From positions 1-26,347 of IMG/VR virus record IMGVR_UViG_2832576359_000003: a stretch of DNA of 26,347 bases; one strand, 5' to 3'. Both the position numbers and the translations under genes were made by a program. Origin of the DNA: a virus (taxonomy: Duplodnaviria; Heunggongvirae; Uroviricota; Caudoviricetes). Shown here piece after piece: positions 16,174 through 25,101 of the stretch. The notes beneath the pieces were generated by a model. It did no database searches. It was not told the origin of the DNA and saw only the letters and a program-made list of their open reading frames with translations. Within the stretch, counting starts at the first letter, position 1, and the number at the start of each line of letters is the position of its first letter.

Positions 16174-17895
16174 ATGTCGTACTACTTCAACGGTACTGAG
16201 TACATCACGCCGACCACCGTGTCGGCGATCAACGACGACGCGATGACGCCGGCCGGTGCCTCGACGTCGAACCTTCCTTGCATTCTGGGCGAATCGGAAG
16301 GGGGACAGCCCAACGTCGCTCTGGTCTTCAGTGACCCCTCCGTCGCGCAAGCCACATTGCGCGGCGGCGAGCTGCAGCAGGCGGTGCTGCGCACGTTCGC
16401 GTGCTCGGACGACACGGGCGGCCCGTCGCAGGTGGTCGTGTTCCGCGTCAATCCGGCCGTGCAATCGACGCTGTCGCTGCTCGACGCGTCGGGCAACGAT
16501 GTCATCGATCTCACGTCGCAAGACTGGGGCGCGTGGACGTCAACGATCAAGACGTCGATCGGCGCCGGCTCGACGCAAGGCCTCAAGGTCAGCATCGGTG
16601 TGGGCTCGACGATCACGACGGCCGACAACATCTATGGCGAGCCGCTCACGGTCCAGTACACCGGGGAGGAGGAAACCGCCTCGATGTCGATCACCGGAAC
16701 GTCGCTGACTCTCTCGGCGCCGACCGGGACCGTCGTCGCGACGGTCGACCTGACCACGTTCTCGACGATCGAGGAGCTTGTCGACCACATCAACACGCTC
16801 AACGATTTCGTGGCCGTCATCGCGAGCGGCTACGAGAACGACCCGTCGCTCAACGGGCTCGACTTCGTCACCGACGTACCGATTCTTCAGGCCTATACGG
16901 TCGAAGCAACGCTGCAGGCGCTGGTCGACTGGTTCAACGGCTCCGCGCAGACGTACGTGACTGCCGCGCGCGGCACGAACGCGGGCACGCTCCCGACGCC
17001 CATCGGCTACACGTACCTTACCGGCGGTTCGGACGGCGAGACAACGACCTCGTCGTGGAACGACACGCTCACGGCGATGCAGGCGGCCGATGTGCAGTGG
17101 ATCACGCCAGTCTCGCCGACGCCGACGATCTGGGCGATGGTCGACGCGCACGTGCAGTACATGAGCACGACCGGTCGCATGGAGCGTCGTGCGATCTGCG
17201 GAACCGACTTGTCGACGTCCGACGACGCCGCGATCGCGTACGCCAAGCAGATCAATTCGAACCGTACGTCTCTCGTCAACTTGGGTCATTACAACTATGA
17301 CCTGACCGGCGCGACGGACGCTCTCGTTCTGTGGGCGCCGTACATCAGCGCGTGCGCGCTCACGGGTGCATTTGCGGCGTCCGCGCCCGGCACCGCGCTG
17401 ACGAACAAGGCCATGAAGTTCGCGGGCCTCGAGCGCGATCTGCTCAACCCGACCGACACGGATGCGCTGATCCAGGGTGGTGTGATCCCGCTCGAAAACA
17501 CGGCGTCCGGCTACAAGGTGACGCAGTCGATCTCGACCTGGTTGACCGACCAGAAGTACGACAAGGTCGAACAGTCGGTGGGCTTCGCGTGCGACTACAT
17601 CGCGCGCACGGTGCGCACGAATCTCGACGTGCTGCGCGGCCAGAAAAACGGCCCGCTGCTCATGGGCCGCGCGATCAGCATCACCGATTCGACGCTGCGC
17701 GCGCTCGCGGTGCCGGCACCGAACGGCCCCGAAGTCATCGTCGGCGACGCGGACAACCCGGCCTATCAGAACATCACCGCGTCCGTCTCGGGCACGGTGC
17801 TGGCCGTGTCGTTCCAGTGCGCTCCTGTCCTGCCGGCGAACTACATCGGCATCACGATCTACGCGGTGCCGTATAGCGGCTCGGCGTCGGCCTAA
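16174..17895 (+). CDS. Contractile tail sheath protein (573 aa)
   Basis: ILGESEGGQPN, V.RVNPA, YLTGGSDG, ALTNK, LIQGGVIPLE, YKVTQSISTW and V.FQCAPVLPANYI motifs. Followed by a tube-sized gene. Confidence 0.92.
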   Translation: MSYYFNGTEYITPTTVSAINDDAMTPAGASTSNLPCILGESEGGQPNVALVFSDPSVAQATLRGGELQQAVLRTFACSDDTGGPSQVVVFRVNPAVQSTLSLLDASGNDVIDLTSQDWGAWTSTIKTSIGAGSTQGLKVSIGVGSTITTADNIYGEPLTVQYTGEEETASMSITGTSLTLSAPTGTVVATVDLTTFSTIEELVDHINTLNDFVAVIASGYENDPSLNGLDFVTDVPILQAYTVEATLQALVDWFNGSAQTYVTAARGTNAGTLPTPIGYTYLTGGSDGETTTSSWNDTLTAMQAADVQWITPVSPTPTIWAMVDAHVQYMSTTGRMERRAICGTDLSTSDDAAIAYAKQINSNRTSLVNLGHYNYDLTGATDALVLWAPYISACALTGAFAASAPGTALTNKAMKFAGLERDLLNPTDTDALIQGGVIPLENTASGYKVTQSISTWLTDQKYDKVEQSVGFACDYIARTVRTNLDVLRGQKNGPLLMGRAISITDSTLRALAVPAPNGPEVIVGDADNPAYQNITASVSGTVLAVSFQCAPVLPANYIGITIYAVPYSGSASA

Positions 17896-17910
17896 AAGGG
17901 GTAAAAAAGA

Positions 17911-18351
17911 ATGGCAACGACGGCAACGACCTCGACCAACGTCCAGACCCAATCCGGTAACCGGATAAAGGTGTATCTGGGCGGGATCCTCGTCGGCTTG
18001 ATTCAAAACATCGACGCCGAGGACGACTACGCGCCGGATCCCGCTTCGGGCGTCGGCGATATCCACGCGATCGAGTACGTCCCGACGATGGCGCGGCACA
18101 CGCTGAATGTGTCGGTCATGGTCCTCAAGACGGGCTCCCTTATCGCGGCGGGCGTCGCGATGGAGAACGGCGACGCGGTACTTCAGGGCAACGTGTTCGA
18201 TATCGAAGTCTATGACAACGATACCGGCAGCTTGCTCCGCAAGTACATCAGCTGCTCGTACGCGTCGGGCGGCGTGCAGATCTCGAAGCACGCGATCGTT
18301 GTCCAAAACGCGCGCTTCATGGCGTTGGACGTGAGCGGAACGGGCTTCTAA
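17911..18351 (+). CDS. Tail tube protein (146 aa)
   Basis: QSGNRIKVY, IQNIDAEDDY..DPASGVG....EYVP, FDIEVYD and NARF. Located directly after the sheath, with an AGGGG SD. Confidence 0.85.
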   Translation: MATTATTSTNVQTQSGNRIKVYLGGILVGLIQNIDAEDDYAPDPASGVGDIHAIEYVPTMARHTLNVSVMVLKTGSLIAAGVAMENGDAVLQGNVFDIEVYDNDTGSLLRKYISCSYASGGVQISKHAIVVQNARFMALDVSGTGF

Positions 18352-18359
18352 GCGTTCAC

Positions 18360-18388
18360 AGCCGGCCGCCTGCGTGGGGCCGGCTTTT
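18360..18388 (+). terminator. Probable weak intrinsic terminator after the tube gene
   Basis: Stem AGCCGGCC/GGCCGGCT followed by only a short T run. Confidence 0.55.
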
Positions 18389-18419
18389 CCAATGGTGCAG
18401 GTATCAGGGGTAGAGGAAA

Positions 18420-18830
18420 GTGCGCAGTCAAAAGGACGAGACCCAATTTCACATCGACGTCAAAGGCGTTGGGCGGTATCTGTTCCGCCGGCGTCAGATG
18501 GCCGATCAATTCAAGATTCGCGGCATCTACGCGCAGCTCACCGGCGGCAATTACGACGAGCAGGGACGCATGACCGACGTGTCGGCGCTCGCGTTCGCGT
18601 GCATCAAGGTGCTCGCTGTCGAGCAGCCCGCGGATTTCCACATCGAGCGCATGGACCCGATCGTCGACGAGAAGCTCGACGATCGCCTGGTCGAAGTCTA
18701 TATCGCGCTGACCGAAAAGGAGCGCTCCTTTCGACCTGGTTCGGCGGCGGCGGTCGAGGGAGCGGGGGCGGGAGCTGGCGAAGACGTACGAGCTGTGGTT
18801 CCGCCGAACGTATCGGCTGGCGCCGACTGA
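18420..18830 (+). CDS. Tail assembly chaperone, G form (136 aa)
   Basis: Lies between the tube and tape measure genes, AGAGGA SD, GTG start. Confidence 0.8.
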   Translation: MRSQKDETQFHIDVKGVGRYLFRRRQMADQFKIRGIYAQLTGGNYDEQGRMTDVSALAFACIKVLAVEQPADFHIERMDPIVDEKLDDRLVEVYIALTEKERSFRPGSAAAVEGAGAGAGEDVRAVVPPNVSAGAD

Positions 18831-19131
18831 TCCTCGTTTTCTTTGCGCGACGCCTGAGCAGATCGAGGCCGAATATTGGGCGTACTACTTCGACGCGAAA
18901 AAGAACGGCAGCGACTTCGAAGACGACAATTTCAACCTGGACGACACGATCGCGCAGATCGAGGCCGAGGCGGAATCGGGCGAAGTGGCGATCGAGTATC
19001 AGGTCGGTGCGGAGCCGCGGCGCGCACCCGAAGCCGCGGCGCCGGATCACCGTCCAACCCCTGAAGAAATCCGCGCGATCGACGATTGGGAGGAGGTAAC
19101 CGACCTCTCGAATCTCGGCCCCGGGTCGTGA
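18733..19131 (+). CDS. Frameshift extension of the tail chaperone (GT form, fused product about 236 aa); not in the ORF track
   Basis: The +1 frame opens at 18712 after a TGA, has no ATG, and reads ...ELWFRRTYRLAPTDPRFLCATPEQIEAEYW... to TGA at 19129-19131. Candidate shift site TCC TTT CGA at 18726-18734. Confidence 0.8.
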   Translation, partial: DLVRRRRSRERGRELAKTYELWFRRTYRLAPTDPRFLCATPEQIEAEYWAYYFDAKKNGSDFEDDNFNLDDTIAQIEAEAESGEVAIEYQVGAEPRRAPEAAAPDHRPTPEEIRAIDDWEEVTDLSNLGPGS

Positions 19132-19140
19132 CATCACCCT
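19125..19140 (+). promoter_or_regulatory. Putative late promoter 7 (tape measure-hub-spike operon)
   Basis: GTCGTGAC-AT-CACCCT. Its TGA is the stop of the GT chaperone, followed by an AGGGGG SD and GTG 19169. Confidence 0.7.
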
Positions 19141-19168
19141 GTAGAAATCGAAGAATCAGGGGGTTCGC

Positions 19169-21847
19169 GTGACGGACGTACGGATTGGGGTAGCCGGAGA
19201 CGTTGGGGCCGCGAAAGCGGCCATCAACGTCATGGCCGACGCGATGAACAAGCTCGCGAAGTCGGTCGCCGACGCGAACAAGGTCGAATACAAGGCCCCG
19301 GGCCTCGAGGCCGTCTCCAAGGATCTTGCGAAGATCCAGAAGCAGTTTCAAGACGCCATTCGGCAATCCACGGGTCTGCGTAACGCGCTGAAGAACAGCG
19401 GGCAAAACGCAGACGCCGGGATTCTCAATATCGACTGGAACAGGCTCAACATCGATCCGAAGATCGCGGCGTCGCTCAAGGCGCGCACGATCGCCTTCGC
19501 GACGCAGGGCACATCGCTCGACACGAAAAACACGTTCGGCCAGGCGACCCCCAACCCGGCACCTGCCCCCCGCGATCGTCAGTCGCAATCCTCGACGCGC
19601 GGCCCCGGTGTCGGCACGCAGGCGGCTCAATCGTTCGCGAGCGGCGTGGGCGGCGCGGCCGGCCAGATCGGCAACAGTGCAATCAAGGGCGCCGCTTCCG
19701 GCGCGAAGGCCGGCGTCGATCCGGATGAGGGCGGCATCAACATCCTGGGCGGCGTTGGCGGCCTCCTGAAGGGGGCAGGTATCGGCGCGGTCATCGCGGG
19801 CGGCCTGGCGGCCGGGAAAGCCGTTTCCAACGGCATCGATATGGCGAAGGATCGGGCCATGACGCTCGACACCCTAAAACGCCAGATGGGTGACCTGGGA
19901 TTCAGCTTCGACGAGCTCAAGGAATCGGCTAAAGGTGTCAGCGTAAGTCTCGGCGTCAATTCGGCTGAGTTCGCGCGTCTGGAGCAGCAAAATCTGCAGG
20001 CCTCGCACGGAATCGTCGGCAACGAGTTGCACGACTCGACCGAGTTCGGCGTCGGCGCCGCGCGCGCGTATGGCATGGACCCGTCGGCCTATCTGGCTTT
20101 CCAAGGCCAGATGCGCGCTATCGACCCTGCGACGGACCATCGCCAGCTCGCGACGTACATCGCCGAGGCCATCAACGGCGCGGGCAGTAAGGCGCTCCCG
20201 CAGGAGGTCATCCAGGCGATCCAGTCGCTTTCCTCCTCGACGTCGCGCCTGGCGCTATACGCGCCGAATGTAGGCGCTGAAGGCTCTGCCTTCACGTCCA
20301 TGCTGCGTGACAACAAGGTCGGCATGACGCCCGATGTCGCGCAGGCGATTCTCGGGCAGGCCAATTCGTCGATGATGAACATGGGTTCCGCCGGCGAGGC
20401 TGGGAAGAACTTCATCATGCAGGCGCTCAACGACCAGGGCGGCACGACGATGAACCCGCTCGAGGCGCGCGAGCTTGCTTCGGGCGGCCTATTTGCGACG
20501 CCACGCACGCGATTTGCACCGAACAGCACCTACGCCAAGTTCGTGAATGACGACGCTCGCATGTCCGCGCTCGCGAATGGTCCCAACGCCGACCGCACGA
20601 ACATGGAGGCAATCCGTGCCTATGCCGACAAGGTGTCGGGCGGCAACAAGGAACTTGAGCTCGACTTGGCACAGAACCTGTACGGGCTTTCGACACAGGA
20701 TCAGGCAGCGGCGCTGCTCGGTGCCAATCCGACTAGTTACGGAAAGCTCGGCAAGCTTCTTGAAAAATCCGGCGTCTCGCTGAACGACGTGAATGGGTCC
20801 GGGCTGGCCACGCTTGGCCGGCTCTCCGGCGCCAGCGACATGTGGGATTTGAACGGGATCTACCAGGATCTCCAGCAGCGCACCGGCAACTCTGCGCTCT
20901 CCGACAGCGCCAAGAGCGATCTCGAGAAGGCGCACGCCACGGGCGATTTCGATACGTTCCAGCAGGCGATCGCGAAGGCGGTCGCGAGTATGGGCCAGAC
21001 CGAAACGACCGCTACGCAAATGCGCAAGCTCGGCACCGGCGTCGATGACCTCGAAATCGGCGTGGGCGATAAAGCCCTGACCGTTCTCACAACGATCGAG
21101 GGGGGTATCGACAAGCTCGTGAATTACTTCACGAGCGGCGCGGGCGGCCTCGCCGACCAAGTATCGAACTCGCTCGACATCGGCGTTCATCCATCGGGAC
21201 CGGGCGGCACCACTCCGGCTCAATGGAACAACTACGGGTCCTACACGCTCGCACAGAAGCAGCGGGTCATCTCCAGCATGGAGGAGCAGTACAACTTGCC
21301 TGCGGGTTTGCTGAAGGGCGTATGGGGCACGGAATCGTCGTACGGTCGCGACGCGACGAAGGCATCGTCTGCCGGCGCGCTCGGGAATTTTCAGGAGATG
21401 CCAGGAACGATCAAGCGCTACGGCGTCAAGATCGGCGACTTCGCGTCTGAGGCCGACGGGTCTGCTCGCCAACTGAGCGACCTCATCGCTTTGCACAACG
21501 GAGACGTGAAAGAGGCGCTGCTCGACTACGGTGGATTCAACCCCAAGGATCCGAATCGGGCCGTGCGCGGCGCGGGCTACATCGCGAAGGTCGAGGAGGC
21601 GGGCGGCGTAAATGAGCTTGGCCCGCAGATCATTCCCGAGGCGGACAACAAGCTCCCGACGAGCGATCCCTCGTCTTCGTCCAAGGCGGCGAAAGCGGCG
21701 CCGTCGTCGGGCTCAACCGACACCGTTGTCGTCGACATGAACTTCAACGTTCTGGACGCGTCGACAGGCCAAAAGAAGACGCTCAACACGTCGGTGAACG
21801 TGCCGCGCGGCTCGGGCACGCAGTACGTATCGGTCACCGGGCAATAG
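19169..21847 (+). CDS. Tape measure protein with a C-terminal lytic transglycosylase (SLT) domain (892 aa)
   Basis: Long Ala/Gly-rich helical protein after the chaperone. At about 21270-21600: YNLPAGLLKGVWGTESSYG, SSAGALGNFQEMPGT, ALLDYGG, YIAKV. Confidence 0.88.
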   Translation: MTDVRIGVAGDVGAAKAAINVMADAMNKLAKSVADANKVEYKAPGLEAVSKDLAKIQKQFQDAIRQSTGLRNALKNSGQNADAGILNIDWNRLNIDPKIAASLKARTIAFATQGTSLDTKNTFGQATPNPAPAPRDRQSQSSTRGPGVGTQAAQSFASGVGGAAGQIGNSAIKGAASGAKAGVDPDEGGINILGGVGGLLKGAGIGAVIAGGLAAGKAVSNGIDMAKDRAMTLDTLKRQMGDLGFSFDELKESAKGVSVSLGVNSAEFARLEQQNLQASHGIVGNELHDSTEFGVGAARAYGMDPSAYLAFQGQMRAIDPATDHRQLATYIAEAINGAGSKALPQEVIQAIQSLSSSTSRLALYAPNVGAEGSAFTSMLRDNKVGMTPDVAQAILGQANSSMMNMGSAGEAGKNFIMQALNDQGGTTMNPLEARELASGGLFATPRTRFAPNSTYAKFVNDDARMSALANGPNADRTNMEAIRAYADKVSGGNKELELDLAQNLYGLSTQDQAAALLGANPTSYGKLGKLLEKSGVSLNDVNGSGLATLGRLSGASDMWDLNGIYQDLQQRTGNSALSDSAKSDLEKAHATGDFDTFQQAIAKAVASMGQTETTATQMRKLGTGVDDLEIGVGDKALTVLTTIEGGIDKLVNYFTSGAGGLADQVSNSLDIGVHPSGPGGTTPAQWNNYGSYTLAQKQRVISSMEEQYNLPAGLLKGVWGTESSYGRDATKASSAGALGNFQEMPGTIKRYGVKIGDFASEADGSARQLSDLIALHNGDVKEALLDYGGFNPKDPNRAVRGAGYIAKVEEAGGVNELGPQIIPEADNKLPTSDPSSSSKAAKAAPSSGSTDTVVVDMNFNVLDASTGQKKTLNTSVNVPRGSGTQYVSVTGQ

Positions 21848-21851
21848 CGCA

Positions 21852-23357
21852 ATGCTAAACATCACCTCGCATACGCCTGGTATTCAGGTCTTGCTCAGAA
21901 AAAACGTGGGGCGAAGCACCGTCGACGGCACGACGCCTGTGTCATCGGTCTGGGCCGGACAATCGCCTGTGGTCGATCTCACGCCGTACCTGTCGGATTC
22001 GCTGCCGGTGCGTGTGCGCAAGTCGGTGCACGAGGACGCCGGCGCATTCTCGTTCCAGATCGCGGACCAGATCGACAAGGACGTTCTCGATACGCTGTAT
22101 TCGGTGATCGAACCGATGGACGTCATCGAGATCCGCATGGCGCACGACGCGTACGTCTACGCCGGCCTCGATTTGCCGATCATGATGCGCGGCTTTGTGA
22201 GCAGCGTGCGTCGCACGCAAGCAATGGGGCACGAGGGAAAGCCTAAGCGCATCGTCTCCGTCAGTGGCCACGACTACGGCAAGATTTTGCAGCGGTACCA
22301 GGTCTTCTATCTGCCCAGCGTGCCGGGCGATGCTATGGCGATGATTACCTCGTTCCCGTTCTTCACGAAATTTGGGGACTTCGCCAACGTCAAAGAGGCG
22401 GGTGCCTTCGTGCAGGCCGTTGTCGATCAGGTTATCAACCCGTACTTGTCGGCCATGATCTCGACGTCGCCAAACGTGGCCGCGGTCAAGACCTTGTCGA
22501 CAGATATCCAGGTGAGCGGCGGGGTGGTGTCACCGTACGGATTCGGCACGTTCACGCAAGGCACGCTGCTGCAACTATTTCGACAGAATTGCGACGTCGG
22601 CTCGTGGAATGAGCTGTTTATCGAGGACCGAGCCGACGGCCCATACCTCGTCTATCGGCCGAACCCCGCACTCGATATCGTCTCTGGCGTTTGGCTGATG
22701 CAAGGCGCCGCGGTGTCGGGCGCCTCGGCGCCGAGCGTGATTGAAATCGACGACACCGATGTCCTGTTCTACGACGTCGGCCGTAGCGACGCGAACGTCG
22801 CGAACGTGTTCTGGGTTGATTCCCATCGATACGCGCTGAACTACGACTTCACCACGAAGGCGCTCGCCTCCGTTGCGCCCTCAGTGTCGGCCACCGCTCC
22901 CGTGGCCGAGACGTCGTACGGCAACGTCAACCCCGCGCTGTACGGATGGTCGAAACTCGAGGAGATCACGAACCAGGGTCACCTCGACGAGACGGATAAC
23001 GGTAACGGCACGGCGGCCGGCGCTTCTCGCAACTCGAACAACGGCTACGGGATCGACTGGCTCAATACGCGCCGCGCGCAGCTCTATGCCCAGAACAAAG
23101 ACAACGTGATCTTCGAGTCCGGCTCGATGCGCGTCAAAGGAAACGAGCAAATCCGCGCTGGCCTCTATGTCGCGTACACGCACGGGAACCTGCGATCGCT
23201 CCACTATGCCGAGGCCGTCGATCACGAATTCATCCCGTTCGGAAACTACTTCACTTCGATCTCCTTCGCGCGCGGCACCGGGTTTTCAGACCGGATCAAG
23301 CAGAACGATCAGATGCAGTCCCCGTATTACGCTGAAAACGTCGTGGTCAACCCATAA
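21852..23357 (+). CDS. Baseplate hub protein (gp27/gpD-like, 501 aa)
   Basis: Position after the tape measure. Motifs GAFSF, IEPMDVIEI, MRGFVSSV, VSGHDYGK, WNELFIED and GSMRVKGNEQIRAG. Confidence 0.75.
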   Translation: MLNITSHTPGIQVLLRKNVGRSTVDGTTPVSSVWAGQSPVVDLTPYLSDSLPVRVRKSVHEDAGAFSFQIADQIDKDVLDTLYSVIEPMDVIEIRMAHDAYVYAGLDLPIMMRGFVSSVRRTQAMGHEGKPKRIVSVSGHDYGKILQRYQVFYLPSVPGDAMAMITSFPFFTKFGDFANVKEAGAFVQAVVDQVINPYLSAMISTSPNVAAVKTLSTDIQVSGGVVSPYGFGTFTQGTLLQLFRQNCDVGSWNELFIEDRADGPYLVYRPNPALDIVSGVWLMQGAAVSGASAPSVIEIDDTDVLFYDVGRSDANVANVFWVDSHRYALNYDFTTKALASVAPSVSATAPVAETSYGNVNPALYGWSKLEEITNQGHLDETDNGNGTAAGASRNSNNGYGIDWLNTRRAQLYAQNKDNVIFESGSMRVKGNEQIRAGLYVAYTHGNLRSLHYAEAVDHEFIPFGNYFTSISFARGTGFSDRIKQNDQMQSPYYAENVVVNP

Positions 23358-24292
23358 TGAGTCTCGAGCTTGGTGCAGTGGTGGCGGTCTATCCGCAGGG
23401 CACATCGGTCGATATCGTGCTGCGCAATGGCGCGCGCTTGGCGAATGTGCAAGTCATGCGAGGCGAAGCGAGCGACGCGAGCGGCCGGCAGGATCTCATC
23501 GACGTCGGGGGGCCCTCGGGCGAGCAGCGGTGGGTCCTGACCTCCGCGTTCGAGCGCTACGTGCGTGCGGTCATTTCCTACATCGGTCAGGTTCCCATCT
23601 GCCTGGGATTCGTGTTCCCGCAGGTCTCGCAGATGACCTTCGATCGTAAGAATTTTCGCGTCGATCGGCATGGCTCCGACGTCTATTCCACGATCAACGA
23701 CTCGGGCGATATCGAGCAATACCACCCGAGCGGCACGTTCCTTCGCATCGCATCGTCCCCGACGCATGAGGACCTGACCGGGCAAGACTTCGACCAGCAG
23801 TGGGCCATCGAGCGCAACACAAGCGCGGCCGTCTATGTGAACCTGACGGTGGCAAACGCGGGATCGGTTGTGGCCACGTTCGAAATTGACCCGGCCGGCA
23901 ATGTGTCGCTGGTGAACGCGGGCAATCTCACGGCGAAGGTGGGCGGAGATATCGACATCTCTGCAGGCGGGGATCTCGATGCCGAAATCACCGGCACAAC
24001 AACGATTACCTCGGGGGGCGCCGCGACGCTCAAAGCGCCGTCTGTGACGATCGACTCGCCCACCACCACGTGCACGGGGACGCTGACGGTTCAGGGCGCG
24101 CTGACGTTCCAGGCTGGCGCAACCGGCTCGGCAGGATCCGGCGGAGGGGCGGCAATCAGTCTGACAGGGGACGTCTCGGTGACAGGCGGCATCACGTCCA
24201 CGGGCGACCAGGTGGCGGGGAACATCTCGCAAATCAACCACGAGCACACGTCCGAAAACCCGGGTTCGCCGACGAGCCCGCCGATTGCGTGA
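23357..24292 (+). CDS. Baseplate central spike (gpV/gp5-like, 311 aa)
   Basis: N-terminal OB-like region, Gly/Thr-rich beta-helical repeats, C-terminal HEH (INHEHT) metal-binding apex motif. Confidence 0.85.
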   Translation: MSLELGAVVAVYPQGTSVDIVLRNGARLANVQVMRGEASDASGRQDLIDVGGPSGEQRWVLTSAFERYVRAVISYIGQVPICLGFVFPQVSQMTFDRKNFRVDRHGSDVYSTINDSGDIEQYHPSGTFLRIASSPTHEDLTGQDFDQQWAIERNTSAAVYVNLTVANAGSVVATFEIDPAGNVSLVNAGNLTAKVGGDIDISAGGDLDAEITGTTTITSGGAATLKAPSVTIDSPTTTCTGTLTVQGALTFQAGATGSAGSGGGAAISLTGDVSVTGGITSTGDQVAGNISQINHEHTSENPGSPTSPPIA

Positions 24293-24294
24293 TA

Positions 24295-24320
24295 GGACGG
24301 CCGGACTATCCCGGCCGTCC
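24295..24320. terminator. Perfect 10-bp hairpin between the convergent spike and SPOR genes
   Basis: GGACGGCCGG-ACTATC-CCGGCCGTCC. No long U tract on either strand. Confidence 0.6.
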
Positions 24321-24321
24321 C

Positions 24322-24996
24322 TTACTGCGCTTTCGAGGTCAACGGATAGCCGTTGGCCAATGCCGTATCAGATATTCCGGTGGCGCGATATTTCTTGACG
24401 GCTGATTCGGCTTCGGACCGCGCGTCGAACGGTCCCATTCGCAGCAAATAGACGCCGTCACGCTCCAACACGAACGTCGAGAGGCCCTGTGATCCGTTCA
24501 AATACGCGGCCCAAGCGCTCGCCTGCGCGAGGTTCTTGTATTTCGCCAGTTGCACGTAAATGTGCTTGCCGTCCAGAGCTTGCGGAGGCGTCGTCTGGAT
24601 ACTCGCTTCGCTCGGCGCCGACTTCTGAGGCTCCTCTGCTGGCTCCCCATCGCCGAGCTTCATATCGGTCGAGGTGAATTCCGTTTGCTCGCCCTCGTGC
24701 GCCCAGGTCACGGAAAACGTGTTGACGTGTTCCCCTTTGGTAACCACAGCACACCCTATGTTGACCGTTCCGTCTTTCTGGTTTTTCGCGAAGACGAGCG
24801 ATCCCTTCGGATCACGGGGGACGTTTGCATAGCCATCCTCCGGCATATTCGAGCAGGGGGCGTAGCTAAATTGAATCGTGTTTCCAGTCAGCTTCGACAC
24901 CTGGTGGGCGATCACAATGCTGTCCGCGATGCTTGGCATGCTGACGGCGCTGAGTATCAATCCGGCGAGCAGCAATCTGGTCGATTTATTCGTCAT
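24322..24996 (-). CDS. Secreted SPOR-domain protein (224 aa), antisense moron
   Basis: N-terminal Sec-type signal (MTNKSTRLLLAGLILSAVSMPSIA). C-terminal IYVQLAKYKNLAQA...GVYLLRMGPFDARSEAE matches the SPOR pattern. Start at 24996. Confidence 0.82.
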   Translation of the reverse strand: MTNKSTRLLLAGLILSAVSMPSIADSIVIAHQVSKLTGNTIQFSYAPCSNMPEDGYANVPRDPKGSLVFAKNQKDGTVNIGCAVVTKGEHVNTFSVTWAHEGEQTEFTSTDMKLGDGEPAEEPQKSAPSEASIQTTPPQALDGKHIYVQLAKYKNLAQASAWAAYLNGSQGLSTFVLERDGVYLLRMGPFDARSEAESAVKKYRATGISDTALANGYPLTSKAQ

Positions 24997-25036
24997 TTTT
25001 GCTTGTGTGTTGGTCTGACAAATGGACTCCGGGACG

Positions 25037-25045
25037 AGTCTATCA
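25037..25045 (-). promoter_or_regulatory. Possible extended -10 host promoter for the SPOR gene
   Basis: Minus strand TGATAGACT (TGn-TAnnnT), about 40 nt upstream of the ATG. Confidence 0.35.
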
Positions 25046-25079
25046 CCTAGCGCGCGCATGCCTCCCGCGGCCCCCGCGC

Positions 25080-25095
25080 GTCGTGACGCCACAGT
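25080..25095 (+). promoter_or_regulatory. Putative late promoter 8 (baseplate operon)
   Basis: GTCGTGAC-GC-CACAGT, with ATG 25102 exactly 7 nt after the final T and no SD. Confidence 0.7.
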
Positions 25096-25101
25096 CGTGG
25101 C

